From contig CAVVPN010000003.1 in the NCBI GenBank assembly GCA_963750165.1, forward strand, positions 160,001 through 224,000: a stretch of 64,000 nt of DNA. Direction: 5' to 3'. The notes under the pieces are model-generated. The model ran no database searches and had not been told where the DNA came from. It saw nothing but the letters and a program-made list of their open reading frames with translations. Both the position numbers and the translations under genes were made by a program. Source of the stretch: an uncultured Gemmataceae bacterium. Lineage in GTDB: Bacteria; Planctomycetota; Planctomycetia; Gemmatales; Gemmataceae. Positions 19,401 to 28,470 of the stretch are shown piece by piece (positions within the stretch are counted from its first letter, which is position 1; each line of letters opens with the position of its first letter).

Positions 19401-20249
19401 TCACCGCGGTCGCGCGGAATTGACCGCGATCCGGTTGTCAACGTCGTGAATGCCGGGCTGCAGACGCACCAGCGCCTCGGCCAGACGGCGTTCGCGCGGC
19501 GTGGACACGGTGCCTTGCAGGACAATGACGCCTTCGTTGAGGGAGACCTGGATGTTCTGCGGGGCCTTCAGGGAGGAGGAGCGGTCCAGGTGGCCGCGCA
19601 GGGTCGCGAGCATTTCCGTGGGCGGCGGCACCTGGCTGGAGAACGGCCCGGGCTTGAGGTCCTCGCTGACGACGGTGATGAAGGCGGGACTGCGGCGCAT
19701 GCCATAGGTGCTGAAGCCCATGACGGTGCGGCCAGCGGTGCCGCCCAGCGCGCCGCCGGTGGTGCCGAGGGTGCGGCCTCCCGCGCCGGTGGTGCCGTAC
19801 AGCGGCATACCGAAGGCCGGCGAGCCGATAGTCTTGGTCAGCGACTGCATCAGCTGGAAGTTGCTGACGCCATTGGTGCCGCCGGTGCTGCTGCTGCTGA
19901 GGTTGTTGTTGGGGCTCAGCGCGTTGTTCTGGCCGAGGCCCGCGGCGAACGGGCCGCCGTAGTAACTGTAGAGCGGGTTCATGGAAGTCGGCACGGTGGC
20001 GCTGCCGGAGCCGCCGGTTCGCGAACCGGTGGAACTGCTGCCCAGGCTGCCGCTGAAGGCGGTGCCGCTGCTGCTGCCGCCGCCGCCACCGCCACCACCA
20101 CCACCGGAGCCGCCGGAACTGCCGCCCAGGCCGCCGGCCAGGGAGGGCGTGAGCGCCTGCGCCGACACGGGGGTCACGCCCACGGCCCAGGCCAGGCCCG
20201 CCAGAAGTCCGAATCGCAGCCAGCGCGATCGCCGGTTTTGTGTGTTCAT
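19401..20249 (-). CDS. Secreted Gly/Ser-rich protein with C-terminal BON domain
   Basis: Signal peptide (VSAQ), G/S low-complexity tract, IQVSLNEGVIVLQGTV...PGIHDVDNRI. Confidence 0.85.
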   Translation of the reverse strand: MNTQNRRSRWLRFGLLAGLAWAVGVTPVSAQALTPSLAGGLGGSSGGSGGGGGGGGGGSSSGTAFSGSLGSSSTGSRTGGSGSATVPTSMNPLYSYYGGPFAAGLGQNNALSPNNNLSSSSTGGTNGVSNFQLMQSLTKTIGSPAFGMPLYGTTGAGGRTLGTTGGALGGTAGRTVMGFSTYGMRRSPAFITVVSEDLKPGPFSSQVPPPTEMLATLRGHLDRSSSLKAPQNIQVSLNEGVIVLQGTVSTPRERRLAEALVRLQPGIHDVDNRIAVNSARPR

Positions 20250-20340
20250 ATGTGCGTCCCTTTTTCCTGTAGGACCAAGGTTAGAGGTTGTATCGGCCAG
20301 TGCCCGGAGGCGCCGTGAAAGTTTGCCGGTTACCCCGTTT

Positions 20341-20369
20341 ATTATTGACGACGGCGGGGCCTATTGCAA
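20341..20369 (-). promoter_or_regulatory. Probable sigma70 promoter for the BON gene
   Basis: Minus strand reads TTGCAA-17bp-AATAAT. Confidence 0.5.
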
Positions 20370-20440
20370 TGACAAGTAAAGGCATTCTGTTGAAATGAAC
20401 CCGTGCCGCCGGCTACGGTCTCGCGCGGCGGCGATTTTTT

Positions 20441-20567
20441 CTAGAGCGGTTCCCAGTCGCGTGGACTACAAGTCGTGGGACGGCTCTCCAGAGCCGTCGG
20501 GAGAACGCTGACGGCTCTGGAGAGCCGTCCCACGACTTGTGCGCTACCCAAACGCGAACCGCTCTAG
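20441..20567. mobile_element. CTAG-flanked MITE carrying a REP-like palindrome
   Basis: CTAGAGCGGTTC...GAACCGCTCTAG ends; internal 31-bp inverted repeat at 20468-20540. Confidence 0.8.
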
Positions 20568-20618
20568 GACAGCAAAGTCGGCTGGACAGCTAACCTGGCT
20601 TTTGGACACGCTTTAGCG
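20564..20618 (+). mobile_element. Left-end remnant (~55 bp) of the IS at 17190
   Basis: ctaggacagcaaagtcggctggacagctaacctgg...acgctttagcgc matches 17190-17245 with few differences. Confidence 0.85.
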
Positions 20619-20650
20619 CGGTTCGCAGACGACTGTAGCGATCGTGTCTC

Positions 20651-20860
20651 TCGCCCCGAAGGGGCGGGACAACTTAGCCCCGGGCAACGCCCTGGGAACC
20701 AGGGAGGCGACTGTTACCCTGCTTTCTTCCGTGCCCTGAAGGGGCACCACAACAACGCTTGGGGTGCCCCTTCAGGGCACGGAAGAGAGAAGCGGGTGGG
20801 CTCGCATCGGCGTCCCCAGGGCGTTGCCCTGGGCTAAGTTGTTCCGCCCCTTCGGGGCGA
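20651..20860. repeat. REPIN-like nested palindrome (GCCCCGAAGGGGC family)
   Basis: Outer arms 20651-20700 / 20814-20860 enclose an inner hairpin at 20726-20785; a separate GTAG palindrome follows at 20935-20962. Confidence 0.8.
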
Positions 20861-20991
20861 AGAACCCGCCACACCCGAACGCAACGCGCTCCAAGCAGCC
20901 GGACCGGGTTGCTTATCAGGTCGGGCCAACGATTGTAGCCGCAGGCTGAAGCCTGCGGCTACGGACATTACACGAACCCCGATCCGGCTGC

Positions 20992-21570
20992 TTAGAACTG
21001 GATGCCCAGCAGGTACAGGAAGCCGAACACGACGCTGCCGCCCAGACACCAGATCGAGCGCGTGACGTAGCGGTACTTTGCGCCGGAAAGGTGCGAATCG
21101 ATCAGGATGGCGGCCTGGATCTCGCGCTTGAAGCCGTCAATGCCGATCTTCGCGCAATCGGCGGCAAAGTGATCGACATCGGCCAGGGGAAATTGTCGTG
21201 TCACGGCGATGGGATGAAAGTGGGTGGTGTGGGTCAGGGCCAGCGCCCGATTCAGGCCGCGGATCGGCAGGATACAGAGGAACGAATTGATGGCCGACAG
21301 CACGAGCAGCAGCAGCCAACCGATGAACAGAGCCACCACTGCGGCGGCCCACCAGTCCGCCGGATGCGTCATGTCTTTATCGGTCAGGTAGGTTCGCAGC
21401 GTCGGGATGAGCAGCCCGAGCAGGACGCCGTTGACAGTGAGCGTGGCCGCCGCCTTGGTGTCCGCGAAGCGAATCCACTCCGCGATGACCTTGTAGGTTT
21501 CAATGAACGCTTCCGCTTCCAGCACTGCTTCCTCACTGGGTACGGAGGAAGGTTCATTCGCCTGGGCCAC
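20992..21570 (-). CDS. Pycsar-effector-like (DUF5706/PycTM) membrane protein
   Basis: WIRFADTKAA motif, two TM helices, soluble loop, KYRYVTRSI plus C-terminal TM; AGGAG RBS before GTG 21570. Confidence 0.75.
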   Translation of the reverse strand: MAQANEPSSVPSEEAVLEAEAFIETYKVIAEWIRFADTKAAATLTVNGVLLGLLIPTLRTYLTDKDMTHPADWWAAAVVALFIGWLLLLVLSAINSFLCILPIRGLNRALALTHTTHFHPIAVTRQFPLADVDHFAADCAKIGIDGFKREIQAAILIDSHLSGAKYRYVTRSIWCLGGSVVFGFLYLLGIQF

Positions 21571-21617
21571 GGTCAACACTCCTGAGGGGGGTTGTTCTAA
21601 CGGGATACAGCGTTCGC

Positions 21618-22322
21618 TCAGGCCAGGATCAAATCGTTCTCCGCGGCCTCGATGACCTGGTGCGCCTGTGCCGGCGTTTCCGCCGCCCGCAATTCGTCGC
21701 TGAACCCGGGCCGCAGCAGCAGCCGTGACAGCCGGGCCAGCACGCGCAGATGCAGGCTCTGGTCGGCACACAGCACCAGGAAGAACAGGTCCGTCAGGCC
21801 GCGGTTGGGCGCCCCGAACGGAATGCCGGACGCGGTGCGACCAAACGCCACGACCGGTTCGCCAAGCGTGTTGGACGGCAGCCGCCGCGGGTGCGGGATG
21901 GCGATGCCGCCTTCCAGGGCCGTGCTCGCCAGTTCCTCGCGCTCGCGCACCGCCGTCAGGACCGCCTCGGGATCGTACACCTGCCAGGACTGCTCCGCCA
22001 GGTTGACGAGTTCCTTGAGCACCGAGGCGCGCGTGCTGGCCGGCAGCGGCACGGCGAGGGTCGCCTCCGTCAGCAGCGTGGCCAGCAGCGGCTGCTGGTC
22101 GGCACCGCGGCCCGGCCCCGCCTCGACCGCGGCCAGCTCCTGCTCGGTGTAGGCGTGCATCTGCGATTCGATCCACTGGTTGATTTCAGCGCGATGAAAG
22201 CGCCAGTTGCCGGCGACTTTCTGGCCCGGCAGCCAACCGCGGCTGGCCATCTTGCTCACCTCGCGCACGTTGCGCTGCAGGTAGCTGGCCAGCTGCTCCA
22301 GGTCCATGACTTCGTTGCCCAT
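21618..22322 (-). CDS. PTS EIIA(Ntr)-like protein with N-terminal HTH_17
   Basis: LPGQKVAGNWRF (HTH_17); REELASTALEGGIAIPHPR with the phospho-His; HLRVLARLSR. Confidence 0.9.
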   Translation of the reverse strand: MGNEVMDLEQLASYLQRNVREVSKMASRGWLPGQKVAGNWRFHRAEINQWIESQMHAYTEQELAAVEAGPGRGADQQPLLATLLTEATLAVPLPASTRASVLKELVNLAEQSWQVYDPEAVLTAVREREELASTALEGGIAIPHPRRLPSNTLGEPVVAFGRTASGIPFGAPNRGLTDLFFLVLCADQSLHLRVLARLSRLLLRPGFSDELRAAETPAQAHQVIEAAENDLILA

Positions 22323-22334
22323 GACACCCCCCTG

Positions 22335-22407
22335 AAAGGATGAAGGATGAAGGATGAATAAAGGCAGAATCATTCCGGATTGATTCATCCTTCATCCTTC
22401 ATCCTTT
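22335..22407. repeat. Palindrome of tandem heptamers (AGGATGA)3
   Basis: 25-bp perfect arms; contains the argG stop codon. Confidence 0.9.
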
Positions 22408-23667
22408 GTTTTCCAGCAGTCCGCCGAGGTCGAAGCCCTTGCCGCCCTTGAGCAGTTGCTGTCGCGCCTGCGTCTGCTGGCTGAGGCCGTGCAGACGGAT
22501 GAAGCCCTGGGCGGCCTCGTGGTCGAACTGGTCGCCGGTTTCGTAGGTGGCCAGCTTTTTGCTGTAGAGACTGTGCTCGCTCTTGCGGCCGACCACCGTG
22601 GCCTTGCCCTTGTAGAGCTTGACCCGCGCCACGCCGCCGACGAACCGCTGGTTGCTCAGGACGAATTGAAACAGGTCCTGGTGAAAGGCGTTGAACCAGA
22701 GTCCATTATAGATTATATCCGCGTACTCCTGCGCCACCAACGTCTTGAACCGCGCCGCCTGCTTGCTCAGACACAGCGACTCCAGTTCGCGGTGCGCTTC
22801 GTGCAAGATCACCGCCGCCGGTGCCTCGTACAGCTCGCGCGACTTGATGCCCACCAGGCGGTTCTCCACATGGTCAATGCGGCCGACGCCGTGCTCGCCC
22901 CCCAGCCGATTCAACTGCTCGATCAGCGGCACGCCGTCCAGGCGCTTGCCGTTCAGCGCCACCGGCCGGCCCTGCTCGAACTCGATCTCCACGTACACCG
23001 GCTCGTTGGGGGCCTGGCGCGGGTCCGTCGTCCAGGCAAACGCCCCCGCCGGCGGTTCGTCCCACGGGTCCTCCAGCACGCCCGCCTCACAGCTGCGGCC
23101 CCACAGGTTCTGGTCGATGCTGTACGGGTTCTCCGTGGTCGCCTCGACGGGAATGCCGTGCTTTGCCGCGAACTTGATCTCCTCGTCGCGCGTCCACTTC
23201 CACTCGCGCACCGGGGCGATGATCTTCAGGCTCGGATCCAGCGTTTGAAAGGTCACGTCGAAACGCACCTGATCGTTGCCCTTGCCGGTGCAGCCGTGAG
23301 CCACGGCGCGAGCGTTGAAACGATGGGCGGTGTCCACCATCAGCTTCGCGATCAGCGGCCGGCCCAGCGCCGTGGCCAGCGGATATTTCCACTCGTAGAG
23401 TGCGCCCGCCATCAGCGCCGGCCAGACGAAGCCGTCCACGAACAGGTTGCGGGCGTCGAGGGCCACGGCATCGACGGCGCCGGTGCGCAGCGCCTTTTGC
23501 CGGATTTTCTCGATGTCCTCACCCTGGCCGAGGTCCACGGTGAAGGTGACCACGTCGAGGTTGTACTTCTCGCGGATCCACGGCACCATGACGGAGGTGT
23601 CGAGACCGCCGCTGTAGGCCAGGATGACTTTGTCACGTTGTTGCGCAGCGCCGGAGGCCATGCCCAT
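22399..23667 (-). CDS. argG: Argininosuccinate synthase
   Basis: LAYSGGLDTS, AHGCTGKGNDQVRF, SIDQNLWGRS, ENRLVGIKSRELYEAP. Confidence 0.98.
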   Translation of the reverse strand: MGMASGAAQQRDKVILAYSGGLDTSVMVPWIREKYNLDVVTFTVDLGQGEDIEKIRQKALRTGAVDAVALDARNLFVDGFVWPALMAGALYEWKYPLATALGRPLIAKLMVDTAHRFNARAVAHGCTGKGNDQVRFDVTFQTLDPSLKIIAPVREWKWTRDEEIKFAAKHGIPVEATTENPYSIDQNLWGRSCEAGVLEDPWDEPPAGAFAWTTDPRQAPNEPVYVEIEFEQGRPVALNGKRLDGVPLIEQLNRLGGEHGVGRIDHVENRLVGIKSRELYEAPAAVILHEAHRELESLCLSKQAARFKTLVAQEYADIIYNGLWFNAFHQDLFQFVLSNQRFVGGVARVKLYKGKATVVGRKSEHSLYSKKLATYETGDQFDHEAAQGFIRLHGLSQQTQARQQLLKGGKGFDLGGLLENKG

Positions 23668-23781
23668 CTCGCTCAGTGCGGCCGACGATTTGCCGGCCCG
23701 GGGTCAAAATTGAAAAAGGAGGAGGGCTTTTCCCATCCTCCTTAACCAGAAAGCACCCTATCATTGAAAGGATGAGTCCCC

Positions 23782-24225
23782 TTGTCAACCTTATTTCGGC
23801 TGCTGCTCCCGACGCCCATTCTGGAGGCAGTCTATCGACACGCGCAGGACGAACTGCCGAACGAGTGCTGCGGACTGCTCGCCGGTAAAATCGGCACGGA
23901 TGGCACGGCCATCGTCGAGCGCTGCTTCCCGCTCGTCAACGCCGCGGCCAGTCCGGTCGAATATCTGTCAGATCCAGAGAGCATGTTCCGTGCCGAACGG
24001 GATCGACGCAAGGCGGGATTGGAGTTCGTGGCAGTCTACCACTCACACCCCACGTCGGAGTCGATCCCGAGCAAAACGGACCTGGCCCGCAACTACAGTG
24101 AGGAGGTGATGAACCTGATCGTGTCGCTGAAGACGGGTACGCCGGTGATGCGCGGCTGGTGGCTGGGGGAGACGGAGTATCGGGAGGGCGATTGGGAGGA
24201 AACGAAAACCCCCGAGCCGGCGTGA
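23782..24225 (+). CDS. JAB/MPN metallopeptidase (Mec/CysO-cysteine peptidase-like)
   Basis: PNECCGLL, YHSHP...PSKTD JAMM motif. Confidence 0.9.
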   Translation: MSTLFRLLLPTPILEAVYRHAQDELPNECCGLLAGKIGTDGTAIVERCFPLVNAAASPVEYLSDPESMFRAERDRRKAGLEFVAVYHSHPTSESIPSKTDLARNYSEEVMNLIVSLKTGTPVMRGWWLGETEYREGDWEETKTPEPA

Positions 24226-24239
24226 TGGGCTCAGGACAT

Positions 24240-24337
24240 TCGCACGACGACCCTATCCGCCTGCCGTGGTCGCCGGTGAAATCGTGAACTCCGAAAAGTC
24301 GTAGTGAGCACTGGTCAGGTGCGGCGCTTGGTACGGC
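24240..24337 (-). mobile_element. Degenerate integron attC-like site after the SMI1 gene
   Basis: Minus strand GCCGTACcaagcGCCGCACCTGACC...GGCAGGCG...GGTCGTCG resembles the intact attC at 39675. Confidence 0.45.
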
Positions 24338-24340
24338 GGC

Positions 24341-24925
24341 TCACGGGCCATGAGCTTTTCTCGTCCGACACGCGGGCCGAAACTCCTGTGGTGGACCACC
24401 TTCATCCCAGCCGTGGCCGCCTACAATCTTGACGAACTCGTTACCGAGACAGTGATTCTCGATGAACTCCATAAATGACCCGGCGGCCTCCTTGACTGTG
24501 GCATCATAGCTGTCGTGGGAAAGGACATAAATCCCGTACTCATGGGTTCTTGCAACGCGGAGATCCTTTGGGTCCCAGAAGCACGCATCCCCACCGATGG
24601 TATCTGAAAAACACACCAGGCGGGACACAAGTTCGGGCTGGGCCGTCGTCGCCCAGAAGCCTTCGGGGTCACGCCAACTCCGGTTCTGTTCGAGGATGTC
24701 GTTGCCGTAATCCCCGAAACCGGGGTTCACAGGGCCGTAGAAACGGAAGTAGCCGCCGAGTTCACCGGGACCGAATTGGTGGATGAACGCTCTGTATTGT
24801 GCCGGGAATCGAATTGCCAACTCCACCTCGGCATGATCCAGCGCGGCGTCGATCTTGTCTTCGGTTGGCCGGACAAGCTGACGCCCCTTGGCGGAAACCA
24901 GACGTTCGTAAAGCTGCTTCCACAT
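24341..24925 (-). CDS. SMI1/KNR4 (SUKH) family immunity protein
   Basis: LDHAEVELAIRFPAQYRAFIHQFG, LVCFSDTIGGDACFWD, AGSFMEFIE; GGAG RBS; lower GC than the flanks. Confidence 0.85.
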   Translation of the reverse strand: MWKQLYERLVSAKGRQLVRPTEDKIDAALDHAEVELAIRFPAQYRAFIHQFGPGELGGYFRFYGPVNPGFGDYGNDILEQNRSWRDPEGFWATTAQPELVSRLVCFSDTIGGDACFWDPKDLRVARTHEYGIYVLSHDSYDATVKEAAGSFMEFIENHCLGNEFVKIVGGHGWDEGGPPQEFRPACRTRKAHGP

Positions 24926-24981
24926 CTCCAAGTCTCCACCGCCGAACCTTGAGCCTACCTCGGGCGCAAGTGCAGGTGGCT

Positions 24982-25800
24982 TCAAGGAGCCGGGGGCTCG
25001 CTGCCGTTCGTGGTTGGCCTGGGCGGTTGCAGCTGCGCCCGCAGGCGTTCCAGTTCGGCTGTCAGTTCTGCCAACCGCTGTTCCGCCTGCTGCCGCTGGC
25101 GGTTTTCTTCTTCGCGACGACGCTTTTCTTCCTCCCGCTGACGTTGTTCTTCCTGAAGTCGGAGTTCGGCCAGGCGACGGTCCTCCTCCGCTTGTTCGGC
25201 CAACTCACGGTACTCGTCAGCGGCTTTCAGGCGTTCCCCGGTGCGGAAGTCGAAGACTTTCAGGTTGATGCCGTCCGGCACAAAGCGGAGTTGCAACTGG
25301 TTGCTAACCAGGCCACCGTCGGCGCTGGGGATGAGTGGGTCATACTTGCCCGCCATCAGGCGATACCCCATCAGCTGCTGCGGCAGGTATTCGTTCCACG
25401 GGTCGAACAGGAAATACTCGGGGACACCGATGTCCAGGTAGATTTGCTTCTTCTCTTCCTGGTCTTCCTGGGCGGTGCTTTTGGAAGTCAATTCCATGAC
25501 GAAACACGGAACGGTCTTCTCCACCCACGTTTTGATCGACTTTCGCGGCGGTAACTTGCTCACCCCCTTGAGGACGTAAACATCCGGCGCGGTGAACTTT
25601 TTCGAGTTCTCTTCCTCGTAGTAAAGGTACTGGTTGCCGCCCACGTTCACGTCCTCGCGATCTCTGAAGAATACGTCGAGCATAAAAACCAGTTGCAGCA
25701 TCAGGCGCAGGTGTTGTTGCGTCTCGGCCATGGGCTTCCCATCGGAATCGGGGTAATACACCTCTTCCGCCACCGCGGCGGGCGTGCCGTTCTGACTCAT
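24982..25800 (-). CDS. Uma2 family PD-(D/E)xK protein with C-terminal coiled coil
   Basis: YYPDSDGKPMAET, APDVYV, ELTSKST...D...K, GVPEYFLFDP. Confidence 0.92.
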   Translation of the reverse strand: MSQNGTPAAVAEEVYYPDSDGKPMAETQQHLRLMLQLVFMLDVFFRDREDVNVGGNQYLYYEEENSKKFTAPDVYVLKGVSKLPPRKSIKTWVEKTVPCFVMELTSKSTAQEDQEEKKQIYLDIGVPEYFLFDPWNEYLPQQLMGYRLMAGKYDPLIPSADGGLVSNQLQLRFVPDGINLKVFDFRTGERLKAADEYRELAEQAEEDRRLAELRLQEEQRQREEEKRRREEENRQRQQAEQRLAELTAELERLRAQLQPPRPTTNGSEPPAP

Positions 25801-25900
25801 GACTTCCTCCTCTTCCGAGGTCCGCAAACACCAACGGCCGCCCGCGCCCCACTCCGGAACGCGGGCGGCCGCTGATTCTACCCGAAACACCTCGATGTGC

Positions 25901-27214
25901 TTACACCAACTCGCGGATCGCCCGACCGCCATTGACCATCGACGTCGGCCGGCCAGTCGGGTCGTTGTAGTGCAGCCCCTGCGGCAGACCGAGCACATGG
26001 AACACGGTCGCCATCAGGTCCTGCGGCGTGATCGGCGTGGTCCGCGGCACTTCCGCCCGGGCCGACGACTCACCGACCACCTGGCCCATGCGCAGCCCGC
26101 CGCCGGACAGCGCCAGCGTGGACAGCGGCGCCCAGTGGTCGCGGCCGGCGCCGCCGTTGATGCGCGGCGTGCGGCCGAACTCGCCCGTCACCACCAGCAG
26201 GATGTCGTTCTGCAGGCCGCGCTGGTTCACGTCCTGCACGAACGCCGACACCGCCCGGTCCAGCACCGGCCCGATGTTGCGCATGGCGTTGGCGATCTGG
26301 CCGTGCATGTCCCAGCCGCCGAAGTTCAGCGTCACGAAGCCGACGCCCGCCTCGCACAGCCGCCGCGCCAGCAGCAGCTGCCGGCCCAGGTTGCTCGGCC
26401 CATACGCCTCACGCACCCGGGCGTCCTCGCGCGTGATGTCGAAGGTCTCGCGCGCCCGGCTCAGCAGCAGCTCGTAGGCCTGCCGCTCGAAGCTGTCCAG
26501 GCCGCTCATGACGCCGCTGCGGTCAATGTTGCGATCCACCGTGTCGAACGAGCGCAGCATGGCGCGACGCTCGGACAGGCGGTCCATCGTCATCCGCAGT
26601 TCCATGTTGGTGCGGGCGTTGCCGGCGGTATCGAACGGCGCGTACGCCGAGCCGAGCCACGCTGGGCCGTCGCCGAGAATGCCGTTCATGCGGACGTAGG
26701 TCGGCAGACCGGTGGCCGGGTTGTTGGCGCCGCGGTGCCGGGCCAGGATGGCGCCCATGCCGGGCTTGACCTGGCCCTGACCGTTGTCGGCCGGCGGGAA
26801 GTTGTAGCCGGTCATGACCCAGTGCGTGCCGCCGCCGTGGCCGCTGTTGGTGTGCGCGAACGAACGCACAAAGGCCATCTTGTCGGCGACGCCGGCGATG
26901 CGCGGCAGCACACCGCCCAGCTCGACGCCGGGGACGTTGGACTGCACGGCGCCGACGACGCTGCGGAACTCAGCAGGCGCCGTCATCTTGGGGTCAAACG
27001 TTTCCACGTGCGTGGGACCGCCGCCCAGCCAGAGCCAGACGACGGAGGTGTTGCGGGTCGGCTGCCCATGAGCCTGGGCCGCCGCGCAGGCGCGGAGGAG
27101 GTCTGGCAGCGTCAGGGCGCCAAGGCCCAGGGCGCCGACTTTGAGAAAGTCGCGGCGCGTGCTGCCGTCGCAGTTCTTCTGCAGGCGGGAACTGAACACG
27201 TTAAACATGAACAC
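25901..27214 (-). CDS. DUF1501 protein (Tat-exported)
   Basis: TRRDFLK, WLGGGPTHVETFDPK, LLARRLCEAGV, GWDMH, GEFGRTPRIN...GRDHW. Confidence 0.93.
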   Translation of the reverse strand: MFMFNVFSSRLQKNCDGSTRRDFLKVGALGLGALTLPDLLRACAAAQAHGQPTRNTSVVWLWLGGGPTHVETFDPKMTAPAEFRSVVGAVQSNVPGVELGGVLPRIAGVADKMAFVRSFAHTNSGHGGGTHWVMTGYNFPPADNGQGQVKPGMGAILARHRGANNPATGLPTYVRMNGILGDGPAWLGSAYAPFDTAGNARTNMELRMTMDRLSERRAMLRSFDTVDRNIDRSGVMSGLDSFERQAYELLLSRARETFDITREDARVREAYGPSNLGRQLLLARRLCEAGVGFVTLNFGGWDMHGQIANAMRNIGPVLDRAVSAFVQDVNQRGLQNDILLVVTGEFGRTPRINGGAGRDHWAPLSTLALSGGGLRMGQVVGESSARAEVPRTTPITPQDLMATVFHVLGLPQGLHYNDPTGRPTSMVNGGRAIRELV

Positions 27215-27388
27215 CGACTCCTTCAGATGTGCCGCGCGGCCGCGCTGCGAACGCCAGTCGGGTGGGAGTTGGCTGCAGCGAGGGGCGGCTACCCCCCAAA
27301 CGAGTAAAGTACTCTAAGGGAAAGCGTAATCGCATATTTTGTGCCTGTCAATTCAGAAGATGAGAAAACGATGAGCGAGAAGTCGGCG

Positions 27389-27477
27389 CAGGTGAGCGGC
27401 GCGGCGTCAGCCCGCCGGTCCTGCGAAGCGCTAGGAGCTTCGCAGGACCGGCGAGCTGACGCCGCGCCGCTCGCCTG
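27389..27477. repeat. REP-like palindrome family GCGCGGCGTCAGCCCGCCGGT...ACCGGCGGGCTGACGCCGCGC; other copies at 45616-45667, 50600-50662, 61507-61574
   Basis: Four intergenic copies with conserved arms and variable centres. Confidence 0.88.
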
Positions 27478-27580
27478 TTTCAGGAGGCACATCCAGAAAA
27501 AGTGCTTGCGTTCCTGCCCCGTCCCGGCTATGACGATGCCGGATCATCACCACATCACACGCCCGCGGGGGTTGGGGACC

Positions 27581-27760
27581 ATGTACCGTCTCGCCGTGCT
27601 CTGCTGCGCCCTGGCATTCCTCCTGTCCGGCTGCAAGGCCGAGGACTGGGCCGACTGCCTGAAGGATTTGCGCGGGGATAACCAAAAGATGCGCGGCTTC
27701 AGCGATTCTACGTCGAGCGATTCGGGCAGCTCGTCCCGGCGGATGTCTTCGCAGGATTGA
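27581..27760 (+). CDS. Small lipoprotein (59 aa)
   Basis: GGGGA RBS, MYRLAVLCCALAFLLSGC lipobox, Ser-rich tail. Confidence 0.65.
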   Translation: MYRLAVLCCALAFLLSGCKAEDWADCLKDLRGDNQKMRGFSDSTSSDSGSSSRRMSSQD

Positions 27761-27768
27761 CCGTTCTC

Positions 27769-28458
27769 ATGGAAACCACCACACCGCCAGCCGTCCGCGC
27801 CGCCGACCTGACCCGGGCCTACGGCACCGCCGCGGCGCCGGTGTACGCGCTGCGCGGCGTCGCGCTGGAGGTGGCCCGCGGCGAACGGGTGGCGCTGCTG
27901 GGCAAGTCCGGCTCCGGCAAGTCCACGCTGCTGAACCTGATCGGCGGCCTCGACCGGCCCAGCGGCGGCAGCCTGCACGTCGCCGGCCGCGACCTCGGTC
28001 TCCTGTCCGGCCGCGAACTGGCGCGCTTCCGCTCCGCCACGGTCGGCATGATCTTCCAGTCCTTCAACCTCATCCCGTCGCGCACCGCCCTGGAGAACGT
28101 CGAGCTGCCGATGGTCTTCGCCGGCCGGCCGCCGCGGCAGCGCCGCGCCGAGGCCCGGCAGGCGCTGGAGGCGGTCGGCCTGGGCGCCCGGTTGCAGCAC
28201 CGGCCGGCGCAGCTCAGCGGCGGCGAGCACCAGCGCGTCGCCGTCGCCCGCGCCCTGGTCAACCGCCCCGACATCCTCCTGGCCGACGAGCCGACCGGCA
28301 ACCTCGACAGCGCCACCGCCCGCGAGGTGATGGCGCTACTAATGGAACACGTCCGCGCCCGCGGCGCCACGCTCATCCTGGTCACCCACGACGAGGAACT
28401 GGCCGCGGCCAGCACCGACCGCGTGCTGCGCCTCCGCGACGGCCAACTCGTCCCTTGA
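27769..28458 (+). CDS. ABC transporter ATP-binding protein (LolD/MacB family)
   Basis: GKSGSGKST, LSGGEHQRVAVARAL, LADEPTGNLD, VTHD. Confidence 0.95.
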   Translation: METTTPPAVRAADLTRAYGTAAAPVYALRGVALEVARGERVALLGKSGSGKSTLLNLIGGLDRPSGGSLHVAGRDLGLLSGRELARFRSATVGMIFQSFNLIPSRTALENVELPMVFAGRPPRQRRAEARQALEAVGLGARLQHRPAQLSGGEHQRVAVARALVNRPDILLADEPTGNLDSATAREVMALLMEHVRARGATLILVTHDEELAAASTDRVLRLRDGQLVP

Positions 28459-28470
28459 TGGAGGTTTCCC

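Noticed and set aside
20360..20390. Possible ANTAR dual-hairpin target (CAATGAC / TAAAGGCA)
   Set aside because: Stems are too weak and lack C-G closing pairs; the region is better explained as the BON-gene promoter.
20992..24225. PycTM-like gene plus JAB peptidase as a Pycsar/CBASS system
   Set aside because: They are on opposite strands, separated by argG and the PTS gene; no cyclase or E1/E2 is present, and the JAB protein looks like the Mec type.
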